Source of the DNA: a virus
Taxonomy: Duplodnaviria > Caudoviricetes
IMG/VR virus record: IMGVR_UViG_3300033146_000447
Location: 1,450-65,449 of that record
Direction: 5' to 3' (one strand)
Length of the DNA stretch: 64,000 nucleotides
Under the pieces are notes generated by a model. The model had not been told where the DNA came from, ran no database searches, and saw nothing but the letters and a program-made list of their open reading frames with translations. Positions 1 through 11,600 of this stretch are shown in pieces. Position numbers and translations under genes: made by a program. Position 1 is the first letter of the stretch. Each line of letters starts with the position of its first letter.

Positions 1-451
1 TAAGAATAATATTACAGATGCTCAGCGTGATAGCTTTATGTCTCATTTAGAATCATTAACAGTTGGTAGTTTAAAAGTATATACTAATGTTCAGAAGATG
101 ATTGATAGTGAGGGTAACTTAATATCTAACTTCAACCCTGCTGGCAGTAGACCTATGCAAGTTAGATTAGATACTAAGACTATTGAAAGTTCTAGTTCTA
201 AAACCGATAAGGTAGAGATTGTTACAACTGATGAGGATTTAGCGGCTGAATTAGAAGCATATGAAGATTCATTACAAGAGGAAGGTGATACTAATGATAG
301 TAATCTATCTGCCGAAGAAGCTGATTTACTTAATGATATTATGGGGGATGATGACTTCTCTCATAAGAGTGATAAAGCTAGTCTAAAAGAAGATGCAGTT
401 AAGCATAATATAAAAGAATTAAACACAGATATACAAATAAGTAAATGTTAA
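1..451 (+). CDS. 3' end of a large virion cargo/ejection protein (partial, runs off window start)
   Basis: Frame is open from base 2 through the ATG at 38 to TAA at 451; acidic linker, ends ...SKC; directly upstream of the virion RNAP as in crAss-like phages. Confidence 0.7.
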   Translation, partial: KNNITDAQRDSFMSHLESLTVGSLKVYTNVQKMIDSEGNLISNFNPAGSRPMQVRLDTKTIESSSSKTDKVEIVTTDEDLAAELEAYEDSLQEEGDTNDSNLSAEEADLLNDIMGDDDFSHKSDKASLKEDAVKHNIKELNTDIQISKC

Positions 452-454
452 AAT

Positions 455-3400
455 ATGGATTGTTTACAAGTAAGTAGTAATGATTTTGACACATCACTTG
501 AAGCCTTAACTAAGGCACTAACAGGAGTCAAAGTTTTAAATAAATTCAACAGAGAGATAACCCCTAGCCACGAATCGGCTAAGGGTATTGCTCTTTCTAG
601 ATTTAGAATGAATGAAGGTCAACCCATGCACCTAGATAGAAAGGGTAATCCATCTAAGCTGTTTGCTGAGATAATGGATATAGTTGATAATTCGTATATT
701 GATGCTACTGCTCTAATATCTGAATTACATACTCCTAACTTTAATGATTGGTATGGTCGGTTTGAGGAAGAACCTTCATATACGCGTAAAGGTAATGAGA
801 TTATAATAAAGCATAGAACAGGCGTTATAGAGAATAATGGTGCAACCTTTGTATTAGCTCCTCATATGCAGGAGAAATCATTACTTGACAATAATGGTAA
901 GTTTGCTAAGGGTAGAGATAAGTATCAATCCGTAGCATTACCTGTACCTACAAGAGATGCTCAAACACAAGCTCAGGCTGATAGAACTATAGCTAGATTA
1001 CTAAACGTTGATAAGTTAAGTGACGGGGCAGTATTAAACAATAGTTTTATTAATAATATAATAGCTAATAGTAATACTACTAATTCATCTCTACTTAATA
1101 TATTAAAACCATTCTTTAATACAGGTAGTATTAAGGGTTGGGAGAGAACTAAAGGATTAACTGTACGTATTGAAGAACATCCTGAGAAAGATTCTACATT
1201 AGATAAAGGTCTAGTAGTAGAAGGTCAGTATAGTAAACGTAATCATAGTATTACATTATATACTAGTTCTCTAAACGGTATCAGTACTACTGAGGTAGCT
1301 AATGAGTTAGCACGTGTATTAACACATGAGGTTATACATAGCTTTACGGCTTCTACTATAGCTTTAGCACAAAGAGGTTTATATAGTATAACTATTGCTA
1401 TGGCTGAGGAGTCAGAAGCAGGTAAGCGTCATACTGCTAGATTTAACGAGTTAACTCTTAAGCAACAGAAAGAGGAATTAACTAAGGAAGAAGTTAATGA
1501 ATATAAAGTATTACAGTTAGCGACTAAGAACAGTAAAGATAAAACATCAGTACGGGTAGCTAAAGCTAAAGAGAGATACTACGCAGCTATTAATAGTTTG
1601 TATGCTAGTGCTAAGCGTAATAAGCCTGACCATATAGCCTATAGTAGTCTTAGTGAGTTTGCTGCTTACGGTATAACTGACGCAGGTATAATGGAAGACT
1701 TATCCAATATGAAGTCTGCTAGAGATAAAGAGACTGGCTTATTTGCTAAGTTTGTTAAACTTGTTAGTGAGTTATTTGATAGTATCTTATCTACATTTAA
1801 CAATAAGTATAGTATTGAAGGTAGTAAGTTAGAAGATTTATTAACTACTACCTTAACATTCGCTAATCATCAGACTCCTACACATCGTAGGCTAACTAAA
1901 GAATCATTAAAGAAGATTCAGACACAAAGACTTAGTTCTCATGATTCACTTTCAAGAGAAGCTAAACTTAATGCTTTAAAAACATTCTATGGTAATATCA
2001 CACGAGACTTAGAAGGTCTTAGAAATGAGATACTAGATGCTAAGTTAGCTGAATCTGTTAGAGGTGCTAATCCTAATGCTAATGATAAAAAGATAAATTC
2101 TCTAATTAAGCAAGAAATAGATAACTTTGTTAAAGGTAAGGTTATAGGTGAGCTTAATACTTATAGTCATGCTTTAACTAAAGAGATAGAAAGTAAGCAA
2201 AAGGTTAAAGCTATATCTTTAAAGAAAGGTAGATTCAGTAAGCAGAAACTAGAGATATTAGATGGTGAAATACTAAGAGTAGAATCTTATAAGTCATTTG
2301 TAGATAATATAGTATTAGAGTTAAATAATACTAATACCCTATGGTCTATGTTTATGAATCATATGACTATCAATAATGAGGATATTATTAAGCTTAATAC
2401 TAAGTTAGATAATGAAGCTCTGAATGGTAATGAATATGATAGTTTATTATCAATGCTTATAGATAAGACTAACTCTAGGAGTATAAAAGAATCAACTTTA
2501 AATGTAGTAGCTGAGACACTTAAAGGTTTAAGTAAGCATCATTTCAACATTATGACTAATTCTACAGAACAGGTAATAAACCCGTTTACAGGATTGAATG
2601 AGTTAATAAATGTTAATGATACACTTATGGACTTATACTCATCATTAGCTAACATTACATCTATGGAGCATATGATGGATAAGTTACATGAGCGTATTGA
2701 GATTAACCCTAGTCTAGCTGCATTAGAGCAAATACTAATAGATGATGCTAATCTTAGGTCTGCGTTTTACGCTAACTTTAATAAAGCTTTACTTCCTACT
2801 TCTTATCAGTTATATCAAAGGATTACTGTACAAGATGAAGACGGTAAGAGTCATACTAGACTAAAGATGTCTACTTATAATAGTATCAAATCATTTAATG
2901 AAAAGAAGAGATTTGAGATACTTAATAGACAATTAATAGGTTTAGATAATAATCTATATAACTTTGATAAGGTTAGTGAGATTATAAAAGAATTAATAGC
3001 TGACAACTCTACTAGGATAATGAATATTAATAATCCTACTAAGAGTAAGAAACTATCAGCTAAACAAATCAATACTAAGATAGGTAAGTTGGATGAAGTG
3101 TTCAATCACTTAGATGTTAACATACCTAGACAAGCAATAGAGGTGGTAATGAATAACTACTATCGTGATAAAGCAGGTAACTATGAGAATGTGGGTATTA
3201 TCCTATCTAAGGTTAAGGATATGATAGAAACCATGAGTTCGGATAGCTCCCCCGTCATAGAAGCAGGAGAGATTAACAAATCCAGCCAACGACATCTTAT
3301 CAATAATTTACGTGATATAGTTGGTCACTTTGATAGTTATATCTTTGATGTGATAGAGCATAGTTATCTTAATACTGAGGGTAATGTAGAGAATGATTTA

Positions 3401-6400
3401 CTACATGCTAGTTTCTTAACTGATTGGATTAGTAAGGCACATGCAGGTAATAAGGATACTGTTGAATACATAGATGAACTTATGCAGACTGCATGGTTTA
3501 ACAACTCTAATTGGTTTATAACTGTAAGCGATACCTATAATAATATTGACAAAAGCGATGAAGCAGAAGTAACTAGAGTTAAAGAGTTAATCGTTAAACA
3601 GATGAAGAAACTAATACTACATAAAGATGGTGGTATTAAGTATGAGGTTACTAAGAAGGGTATTAAGCCTGCTAGTATTGATAATGTTGAGTTCTTAAAT
3701 ACTCAGATATATAAATACATGTCACATCTACATAGGACTAGTAAGAACTCATTAGTTGAGAATGATGAAGGTGAGTATAGAATGGATTATACCCACTTTG
3801 GTTATACTAGTATATTACCTATAATGCAACTATCAGATGCACCTGCTCAGTATAGTATAGAACATACAGTATTTCCGGTTAGAGCTAAAAAGAAGAAAGG
3901 CGTTAATGTAGGTCATGCTATAAGACGAAGTGATAGTATATTCAGAGCTTATAGTAGAGCTGTTATGCAAGAGCGTTCTAGAATGAAAGCTACTTTAGAG
4001 TTAATGATGCAAGCTGATGATAAGGGTAATTATATAACTGACGATAAAGGTAACTATGTTATACAGGAACAATATCTTAATAGTGATGGTTCATTTAACG
4101 TTGACGGCTTAGTTCCTAATAGAGATTATAAGTTAGTAAAGCAGGAAGATGGGTCTAAGAAACCTATGATATATACAATGGATGATAGAGGGTTCATGAA
4201 CATGGAGGGTAATGTATTTACATATTACTCTATACCTAGTTTAAATGAAGAAACTTCTCTATTTAATAATGGAGCTATTAACTTAGTTAATAAGGCTAAT
4301 AGTAGTGACATCATAATGAATCATATAGAACAGTTCTTTGATACAACACTAAAGGATGCTGGTAATCTAAACTTGATGTTATCTAATGAGTTGTTAACTG
4401 ATTTAAAAGAATCAAATGAAGCTATAGCGGATAGACTTATAACATTAGAATATCTATTGAATAGTCATCTTAGTTATATAGAACAACAGAACTTTATATT
4501 CGGAACTGAGAGTGAGTTTCCTTACATGTTAGATACTACTAAGAGAGCTAAAGGTCCGAGTAGTTCTGGATTAGGATTAGCGTTAATAGGAGGTAAGAAG
4601 CAATACAAGTTAGCAGTTGGTAATGAGATACAAGCTAAGAGTCTTAGTGAGGAGTTCATGCAACAATTAGATGATAAGATTGAGAATAAGAAACACTTTA
4701 AGATTATTAAGGATTTCTATAATGGTTCTTTAACTGATATTGCTGATGCTCAGGGATGGGCAACTGTTCAACGTTACGGAGAGATAATGCGTAGTCAAGG
4801 GTTGTTTGATAAGATTAGTTCTATCATGTACGCTGAACTTGTAGATGGGGCTTATGTATATTCTATGAAAGAAGGTATTGCCGTTAATGATATTGTTAAT
4901 GCTTTACAAGTGCTTAAGCCTTTCTTATATGATAGAGTTTATAATAAAGCTACTAATGATTTCCATAGTGTAATGGTTAAGTATTCATTAGTTCCTTTAA
5001 TTCCTGAATTAGTACAAGGTACAGTTTTAGCAGATATGACTAAAGCTATGGAAGAGCAAGGGATAGACGAGTTCATAATGCCTACCGCTATGAAATTAGG
5101 ACAAACAGTAGTTAATGATATATTCAACGGTAGTGAGGTAAATGAGAAAGGATTCGATAACTTGAAAGTGATTAATCTTAATAACTCTGCTTATCGTATT
5201 CAGTTAGAAGTTCCTGACCATATTCGTGATACAGAGAATAAAGCAGGTATTCAGTTAATGAAACTAATACTTACTAATCTTCATCCTGATATTAAATACT
5301 ATGATGGACTTAACGGTAAAGAGGTATTCGATAAGTTTAACGAAAGCGTGGTTAAGTTAATAAACATAACTGGTGAGGAAGTTTCTAAAGATTTAGATAA
5401 TGGTGATTATAAAACATTACTAGAGAGATTAAAACAAGGAGCTACTGATTTGAATCTATCTCCTAATCAGATGAGATATCTAGAAGATGTTGTACCTTCA
5501 ATTACAGGAGTTAAAACTAAAGTACCTGTTACATTCAGTGCTAATTATAGTAAGAACCAAAGTATATTAACAGGTATTCCTAGAAATAATATAACTAATC
5601 TTAAGCTTCCGGGTTTACACGCTGTATTACTTAGTAATGCTATGACTGGTAACAGTATGCAGTTTGAAGAAGCTAAAGGCTCTACTGAATTAAAAGAATA
5701 CTTCAATGATGAAGGTGAGTTAGTATATGAGATACTATTGCCTTATTGGACTAAAGACTTAGTAGTTAATGGTAATGTTGTAGATATTAATCAGCTTACT
5801 GATGCAGCTAAGATGTTATCAGGTTATAGGATTCCTACATCAGGAAAGCATAGTGCTATGAGACTAGAAGTTAAAGGTTTCTTAGATGAAAAACTAGGTA
5901 GTACTGTTATGTTACCTGATTCGGTAATAGACAAGACTGGTAGTGACTTTGATATTGATAGTTTCTATGTTAATACTTTTAATCTTATTCAACGTAATGA
6001 AGAAGGTAGAGTTAAGATAGATGTATTAAAGGAAAGTGATAGAACAGAGGATGATGCATTATTTGATAAGAAGATTACTCAGAATGAAGTAGCTTATATA
6101 TTAGCTAAAGTATTATCTAGCCCTGCATTAGTAGATGAGGTTATGTCTCCTGCTTACTTCGAGTCATTAAAACAAGATAGTGAAGATATAAGGTCTATAC
6201 TAGATAGTAAGACTAATTATAGTGCAGCTAACCCTTTTCAGCAACTAGCGTTTAGGAATGATGCTAATAATGGTAAACGTGTATTAGCTGCGGGTGCGAA
6301 TACTAATATAGGACTTGCAACATTGCAGGGTTTGAAGGCTGCCTTCTCTTACACGGGGAATCTAGTGTCCATCCCATATTCTAAAGCGACTATCGTTGAG

Positions 6401-8623
6401 TTATACGGTAAAGATTGGAAAGCTAAGTTAGAGCGTAAGTACGGTAAAGATAATGTAAAAGTTATATCTAAGGTTGTCGCTCCTACCGATACTGCTGTTA
6501 TTATAACAAGTAAGACTATTGGTTATACTCATAATAATTCATTTACAAATGTATATGGGGATAATATATTAGAATCATTTGCTCAGATAATTGACCAAGC
6601 AGCTGATGCTGTTAAAGCACCACTAGTACCTAACTTAACTATAGAGAGTTTTGGTGTATGGTCAGGATTAGCATACAGTGGGGATACCAAGTTTGCTAAC
6701 TACATGATGGGTCAAGAGGTTATGGCTATGACTTTAGAATCAATGCAAGAATCTAAACGATTGATAGAGCAAGGTAATGGTATTAATGTATTTGGTCAGA
6801 CTAAGATAAAATTAATGAATCGTGTATTCAAAGACTTAACAGTAGATGAATATACTAGACTACTTAAAGCTAAAGGTGTTAAACCTGAGGATAAGTCAGC
6901 AGAGGATATGTTAAAAGTCTATGAAGCAGTTAAGAAGAAAGTAGCTAATTCATATTACAAGAGTATAACTACTAAACAATTCGCTGAGTTAGGATTAGAT
7001 AAGGTGTATGAAGCATCTGATGACTTTACTATGAATACTGAACAACTTAGAGCTAACATTGTAAACTATGCTAATTATAGTGAGCTTAGTACTAGCAAGA
7101 AGTTTAAATATGATAAGAATCAATTCATAATACTTAATAGACTTAAAGATGCTGAACAGATAGGTAAAGACTTAAGAAGTGTTATTGATACATTAAATTT
7201 TGATAAGAAAGGTTTAGGTGCAACGATTGATGAAAATAATAGTATATTAGATAACATTGTAGAGTATAGTAATAATTCAACTAAGGCTATAACTACTAGA
7301 GGTGGTAGTGATTTAATGCAGGCTGTATATCCTAACTTCTTTAAACATTATGTTAATGGTTACGATATAGATTTAACTAAAGGTAAGGTTGAACAGACTT
7401 TAACATCTAGTTACCCTTTATTAGAGACATATCTAATCGAAGGTGTAATGCGATATAAAGAACTATACAAAGACTTTCTACCTTATAGTAGAGATAATAG
7501 AATGTATGCTGAGATATTCGATACTGTTTCTAAAATGTATGGAACTCCTGTTAATGAATATGGAGCTTTAAGCAATCAAATAGTATCTGTTATTAATAAC
7601 TTCGCTATTAGATTTAATTCTCCTAAAGATGCTCTAAATCTATCTAAAGGGGATGAGCATAGACTATTAGGAATAAATAAAGTGTTTAATTTTGATAAAT
7701 CACTTGAATTTAGTAAATTCAGAGAACTGAGTGTAGGTCAACAGTTGGAGTATGTTAAGAAGACTAATAGTAATATAATTAATGATAGTAACCTTCTGTA
7801 TTATCTTATACCTGAAACGGATGCTAATAGAGTAGCTATGAGGGGTTATCATCATATTAACTTTACACTAGTTAGTAAGAATGAATTACAAGAACAAGTG
7901 TTACAAGAAAGCTTTATGTCTATGTTTCAAAGTGAAGACTTATACATTAGAGAGCTTATGATTAACTTAGTTAAGCATAACTTTATAACTGTTAACTTTA
8001 GTAATGCTTATAACTCATTCAATAGAATAATACCTTATGATGTATTAATAGGGGAAACCTTTGAGATACAACATGGTCTATATCAAGTTGAGGATATGTT
8101 TAAAGAAGATGGTAGCGTTCATATGAATGCAGGTATATTAAAGAATTATGTATCTCAGCAGTTATCTGAGAATGCTGCTATTCTACCTGATGCTCCTAGC
8201 TTAGCGATAGGGGAAGAGTATATGTTAAACGCTACTAAGTCTAATGGTTCAAATAGATTCTCACATCGTATTATGAGGTCAGAAGTAGTAAAGGTTGAGG
8301 ATGCTGACGGTAAGTATATGTTCTATAGAACTACTGAGGTTAATAGAAGATATATCGGACCGGATAAGGATGGTATTGGAGACCCAACGTTATACGTAGA
8401 TGACGAAAGAGGTAATCCTCATTTACTACTACAACGATTAGATGTTAGTAATACTACAGCTAGTCTTAATAAACATAATGATGTACAACTAGCGAATATT
8501 AAAGAAGCTATGACGCTTAAGCAAGAAGTTATAATAAGCCCTAAGCCTGTAGATATGGCACGTATAAATGATATATTAAAATCAGAGAAGATAAGTACTA
8601 ATAATATAAGCAATAAATGTTAA
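455..8623 (+). CDS. Virion-packaged two-barrel RNA polymerase (phi14:2 gp66-like) with N-terminal zincin-like domain
   Basis: 2722 aa; GYRIPT...TGSDFDIDS catalytic motif (DFDID at 5945-5959); HEVIH at 1325-1339; sits among giant genes. Confidence 0.9.
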   Translation: MDCLQVSSNDFDTSLEALTKALTGVKVLNKFNREITPSHESAKGIALSRFRMNEGQPMHLDRKGNPSKLFAEIMDIVDNSYIDATALISELHTPNFNDWYGRFEEEPSYTRKGNEIIIKHRTGVIENNGATFVLAPHMQEKSLLDNNGKFAKGRDKYQSVALPVPTRDAQTQAQADRTIARLLNVDKLSDGAVLNNSFINNIIANSNTTNSSLLNILKPFFNTGSIKGWERTKGLTVRIEEHPEKDSTLDKGLVVEGQYSKRNHSITLYTSSLNGISTTEVANELARVLTHEVIHSFTASTIALAQRGLYSITIAMAEESEAGKRHTARFNELTLKQQKEELTKEEVNEYKVLQLATKNSKDKTSVRVAKAKERYYAAINSLYASAKRNKPDHIAYSSLSEFAAYGITDAGIMEDLSNMKSARDKETGLFAKFVKLVSELFDSILSTFNNKYSIEGSKLEDLLTTTLTFANHQTPTHRRLTKESLKKIQTQRLSSHDSLSREAKLNALKTFYGNITRDLEGLRNEILDAKLAESVRGANPNANDKKINSLIKQEIDNFVKGKVIGELNTYSHALTKEIESKQKVKAISLKKGRFSKQKLEILDGEILRVESYKSFVDNIVLELNNTNTLWSMFMNHMTINNEDIIKLNTKLDNEALNGNEYDSLLSMLIDKTNSRSIKESTLNVVAETLKGLSKHHFNIMTNSTEQVINPFTGLNELINVNDTLMDLYSSLANITSMEHMMDKLHERIEINPSLAALEQILIDDANLRSAFYANFNKALLPTSYQLYQRITVQDEDGKSHTRLKMSTYNSIKSFNEKKRFEILNRQLIGLDNNLYNFDKVSEIIKELIADNSTRIMNINNPTKSKKLSAKQINTKIGKLDEVFNHLDVNIPRQAIEVVMNNYYRDKAGNYENVGIILSKVKDMIETMSSDSSPVIEAGEINKSSQRHLINNLRDIVGHFDSYIFDVIEHSYLNTEGNVENDLLHASFLTDWISKAHAGNKDTVEYIDELMQTAWFNNSNWFITVSDTYNNIDKSDEAEVTRVKELIVKQMKKLILHKDGGIKYEVTKKGIKPASIDNVEFLNTQIYKYMSHLHRTSKNSLVENDEGEYRMDYTHFGYTSILPIMQLSDAPAQYSIEHTVFPVRAKKKKGVNVGHAIRRSDSIFRAYSRAVMQERSRMKATLELMMQADDKGNYITDDKGNYVIQEQYLNSDGSFNVDGLVPNRDYKLVKQEDGSKKPMIYTMDDRGFMNMEGNVFTYYSIPSLNEETSLFNNGAINLVNKANSSDIIMNHIEQFFDTTLKDAGNLNLMLSNELLTDLKESNEAIADRLITLEYLLNSHLSYIEQQNFIFGTESEFPYMLDTTKRAKGPSSSGLGLALIGGKKQYKLAVGNEIQAKSLSEEFMQQLDDKIENKKHFKIIKDFYNGSLTDIADAQGWATVQRYGEIMRSQGLFDKISSIMYAELVDGAYVYSMKEGIAVNDIVNALQVLKPFLYDRVYNKATNDFHSVMVKYSLVPLIPELVQGTVLADMTKAMEEQGIDEFIMPTAMKLGQTVVNDIFNGSEVNEKGFDNLKVINLNNSAYRIQLEVPDHIRDTENKAGIQLMKLILTNLHPDIKYYDGLNGKEVFDKFNESVVKLINITGEEVSKDLDNGDYKTLLERLKQGATDLNLSPNQMRYLEDVVPSITGVKTKVPVTFSANYSKNQSILTGIPRNNITNLKLPGLHAVLLSNAMTGNSMQFEEAKGSTELKEYFNDEGELVYEILLPYWTKDLVVNGNVVDINQLTDAAKMLSGYRIPTSGKHSAMRLEVKGFLDEKLGSTVMLPDSVIDKTGSDFDIDSFYVNTFNLIQRNEEGRVKIDVLKESDRTEDDALFDKKITQNEVAYILAKVLSSPALVDEVMSPAYFESLKQDSEDIRSILDSKTNYSAANPFQQLAFRNDANNGKRVLAAGANTNIGLATLQGLKAAFSYTGNLVSIPYSKATIVELYGKDWKAKLERKYGKDNVKVISKVVAPTDTAVIITSKTIGYTHNNSFTNVYGDNILESFAQIIDQAADAVKAPLVPNLTIESFGVWSGLAYSGDTKFANYMMGQEVMAMTLESMQESKRLIEQGNGINVFGQTKIKLMNRVFKDLTVDEYTRLLKAKGVKPEDKSAEDMLKVYEAVKKKVANSYYKSITTKQFAELGLDKVYEASDDFTMNTEQLRANIVNYANYSELSTSKKFKYDKNQFIILNRLKDAEQIGKDLRSVIDTLNFDKKGLGATIDENNSILDNIVEYSNNSTKAITTRGGSDLMQAVYPNFFKHYVNGYDIDLTKGKVEQTLTSSYPLLETYLIEGVMRYKELYKDFLPYSRDNRMYAEIFDTVSKMYGTPVNEYGALSNQIVSVINNFAIRFNSPKDALNLSKGDEHRLLGINKVFNFDKSLEFSKFRELSVGQQLEYVKKTNSNIINDSNLLYYLIPETDANRVAMRGYHHINFTLVSKNELQEQVLQESFMSMFQSEDLYIRELMINLVKHNFITVNFSNAYNSFNRIIPYDVLIGETFEIQHGLYQVEDMFKEDGSVHMNAGILKNYVSQQLSENAAILPDAPSLAIGEEYMLNATKSNGSNRFSHRIMRSEVVKVEDADGKYMFYRTTEVNRRYIGPDKDGIGDPTLYVDDERGNPHLLLQRLDVSNTTASLNKHNDVQLANIKEAMTLKQEVIISPKPVDMARINDILKSEKISTNNISNKC
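3244..3263 (+). repeat. Dispersed GC-rich motif copy (inside vRNAP gene)
   Basis: TAGCTCCCCCGTCATAGAAG. Confidence 0.8.
6346..6364 (-). repeat. Dispersed motif copy, degenerate (inside vRNAP gene)
   Basis: CTCTTACACGGGGAATCTA on + strand. Confidence 0.6.
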
Positions 8624-8629
8624 CAAACT

Positions 8630-11600
8630 ATGATTTGTAAAAGTTCAGTAAAGAATGGAAATGATAAACCTAGCAATCTCTTTAAGAGGTTGTCTAGGAT
8701 TTATGATGAAAAGACAGCACTAGACACATACTATGCTGTTAAAGATAATACATTCAGTGCCGCGTTTGGTAATTGGATGTATAACGCTAAGCATGGTAAT
8801 AACTCTAAAGCCGTAGACGAACAAGGTGAACCTATCCCATTTTGGATAAGTGATTCAGTAGTAGGTCATGTAGGTATTGTAAGACTTAGCACAGAACCTA
8901 CTGAGGATACTGATTCACAAGTAGTGTTCTTATACGATAAAGAATTCGATAATACTAATATTCAAGAAAGTTATGAAGTAGATAGTAATGATTTAGTTTA
9001 TGCTGATTATCTAGCTCCTAATAGTTTAGTATTAAATGAAGAAGGTGAAGTAGTAGAAGTAGCTAACGAGGAAGGTGTTAAGTATAAGCGTCCCGCTCCT
9101 AGTAAAACTGCTAGAAATACTCAATTCTTAGAGCGAAACTTCTCTAAACATCTATCAGAGGTATTAGATAAACATCCTTCTAAACTACCTTTTGTGGTAG
9201 ACACTACTGGTAACTCTCCTTTCACTATTAAGGAAGGAACTGTTATTATAAATCCTGCTTACATACTAAGAGATGATACATTAACTAAGTATGGTACAGG
9301 TATAATAGATTTACTAAGAGAGGTGCATACTTCTGATGAGTTTGAAGATATATTAACTACGGGTGTAGAAGCATTGTTTACTTCTTCTTTCTTCAGACGT
9401 GTGTTTAATAACATTAAAACTAGCAACAAACAAGAGATGCTAGAAGAGTTATTATCTATAGCTATTAATAATACTAAGACTAAGTTACTATTCGATAGTG
9501 ATGTAGATTATAATGCATTTGCTGCATGGAAGAACTTAACTATTAATAGGTTATACAAGTCTATTAACAAAGTAGGTAGAGGTAATGACGTATCATTGAT
9601 TAAGATATTTGAAGATGAAGCTGCTATTAAGACTTTAAAACTTAAGTTAGCGGCACATGAAGAAGGTATTGATACACAAGTTTCAGCTAGAGCTACTAAT
9701 AGTACAGTTGATTATCTTACAGATAAGAGAACTAAGTTACAAGCATTAATTAACGAGTATGATGATTCTAGTAAAGCTAGTGTATTTACAGCAGCTACTA
9801 AAAAGACATATAAAGCATTAACTAAGTTATTACGTGAGTATGAGATAAGTAAAGATAAGTCTAATCTATTTGAAGCATTAATGCTAACTGCTGAATCAGA
9901 TGCTAGTACTATTGAGCAAATGAATAGACTAATGCTTGACTTACAGACTAAGTTTCTACATACTCCTAATAATGAGTTTACTGATGACATGAAGCGTGAA
10001 TTAGCAGACCAATTAAATAACATTAGATTGTTTATTGCTAGTTATGATAATGTTGAAATGCTTACTGATTATAGTAAGACTCTTAATAATAAGGATGAAA
10101 ATGATAAGAAGATACTAAGCCTTATAAAAGAGATAAAAGAGATGAAGGCTAAGGCGTTACAGATACAATCATCGTATGACGCATTAGAGACTAAGTGGAT
10201 AGATACTGTATTAGAAGTGTTACGTAAGAGAGGTGTTGTTATACCTCAGGCTAAGCAATTCCTAGATGAAATGGTAGATATTAATTGGTCTATGGCTACC
10301 TTTGATGGTCTTATGGATAGTGATAATGCATTCGCTAGTCTTATTAAGCAGAACTCTGATACTCGACTTAGAGAGGTTAACTATAAGAAGGGTAGATTAA
10401 TGGTAGGTTTCAATGATGCTATTGCTAAAGCTCTTGGTGCTAATTATAGTAATGATGCTAGTATTGCTTTACATAAAGCAATAACTGATGATAAAGGTAG
10501 GTTATTGCAACGTTACAATCAAGATTACGTAGATGAGTATAACACATGGTTATCATTAATACATTTGTCTAGAGATAACGCTGAGGTTAAGGCTAAGACT
10601 ATGGATGAGTTCGAGCAATGGAAGATAGATAACTTAGAGTTAGAATATACACCTGAGTATTATGCTATATTCAACGCATTGAAGCCTGAATTGAAAGATA
10701 AGGTAAGTGAGCTATCTGCTAGAACTAAAGAGATAACTAAATATAAAGGAGCTACATATAATAATATAGACTTAACTGATAAGGAGAAAGCTACTATAGA
10801 GACTATTCGTAAGGAACGTAAGCAACTTATGGATAAGTATCCTGAGGTAGCTGAATATTATAAGAATGTTTCAAATACATTTAAGCAGAATACATCATCT
10901 AGTTTTTGGTTAGCATATGATAAAGCTAAGGAGCAAGGTATTGAAAGTGAGAATGAGTTCTTAGTTAGAAATAGTGAGATAAGTGATGTATTACAAGATG
11001 AACTTAATAAAGCGTATAAGGTATTAGGAACATCTATGTTTAGACGTTCTATCAAAGGTGAAATGAAACGTAGATTTGGTCACATGACTGATGCTACAGG
11101 TGTATTTAAAGCTAATGAGTTATCTAAGGCTGAGATAGCAGAGATAGGTAGATGGGAGCAAGCATCTCAATTATACTTAGATGAAGAGACATCTGCTATG
11201 GTTACAGAAGCTAGCACCTTTAATGAGCAACTAGCGATAATAGAAGCTCATGGTACTAGTACTGCTACAGGTTCTGTTCCTTATCATATCACTAAAGCAT
11301 TAGCTGTAATTGAGGATAATACTAAGACTATCGAATCTGATTATTATACTGAGCGTTACAAAGAGGAAGAAGCTAAAGGCGAAGATAACTTTAGGGAATG
11401 GTTTGAAGCTAATCATTATATAACACGCGATGGTAAGAAACAAGCATTGCCTATATGGACTACTCAAGTAGCTAAAACTATAAATCATTCAACTACTAAA
11501 GGTAAGTTAAATTATCAGGTTAATCTAGAGGTTAATCCTAAGTTTGTTAATAAGTCATATAAAGGAGAGGATATAAATAATATACCTTATCCTAAAGACG

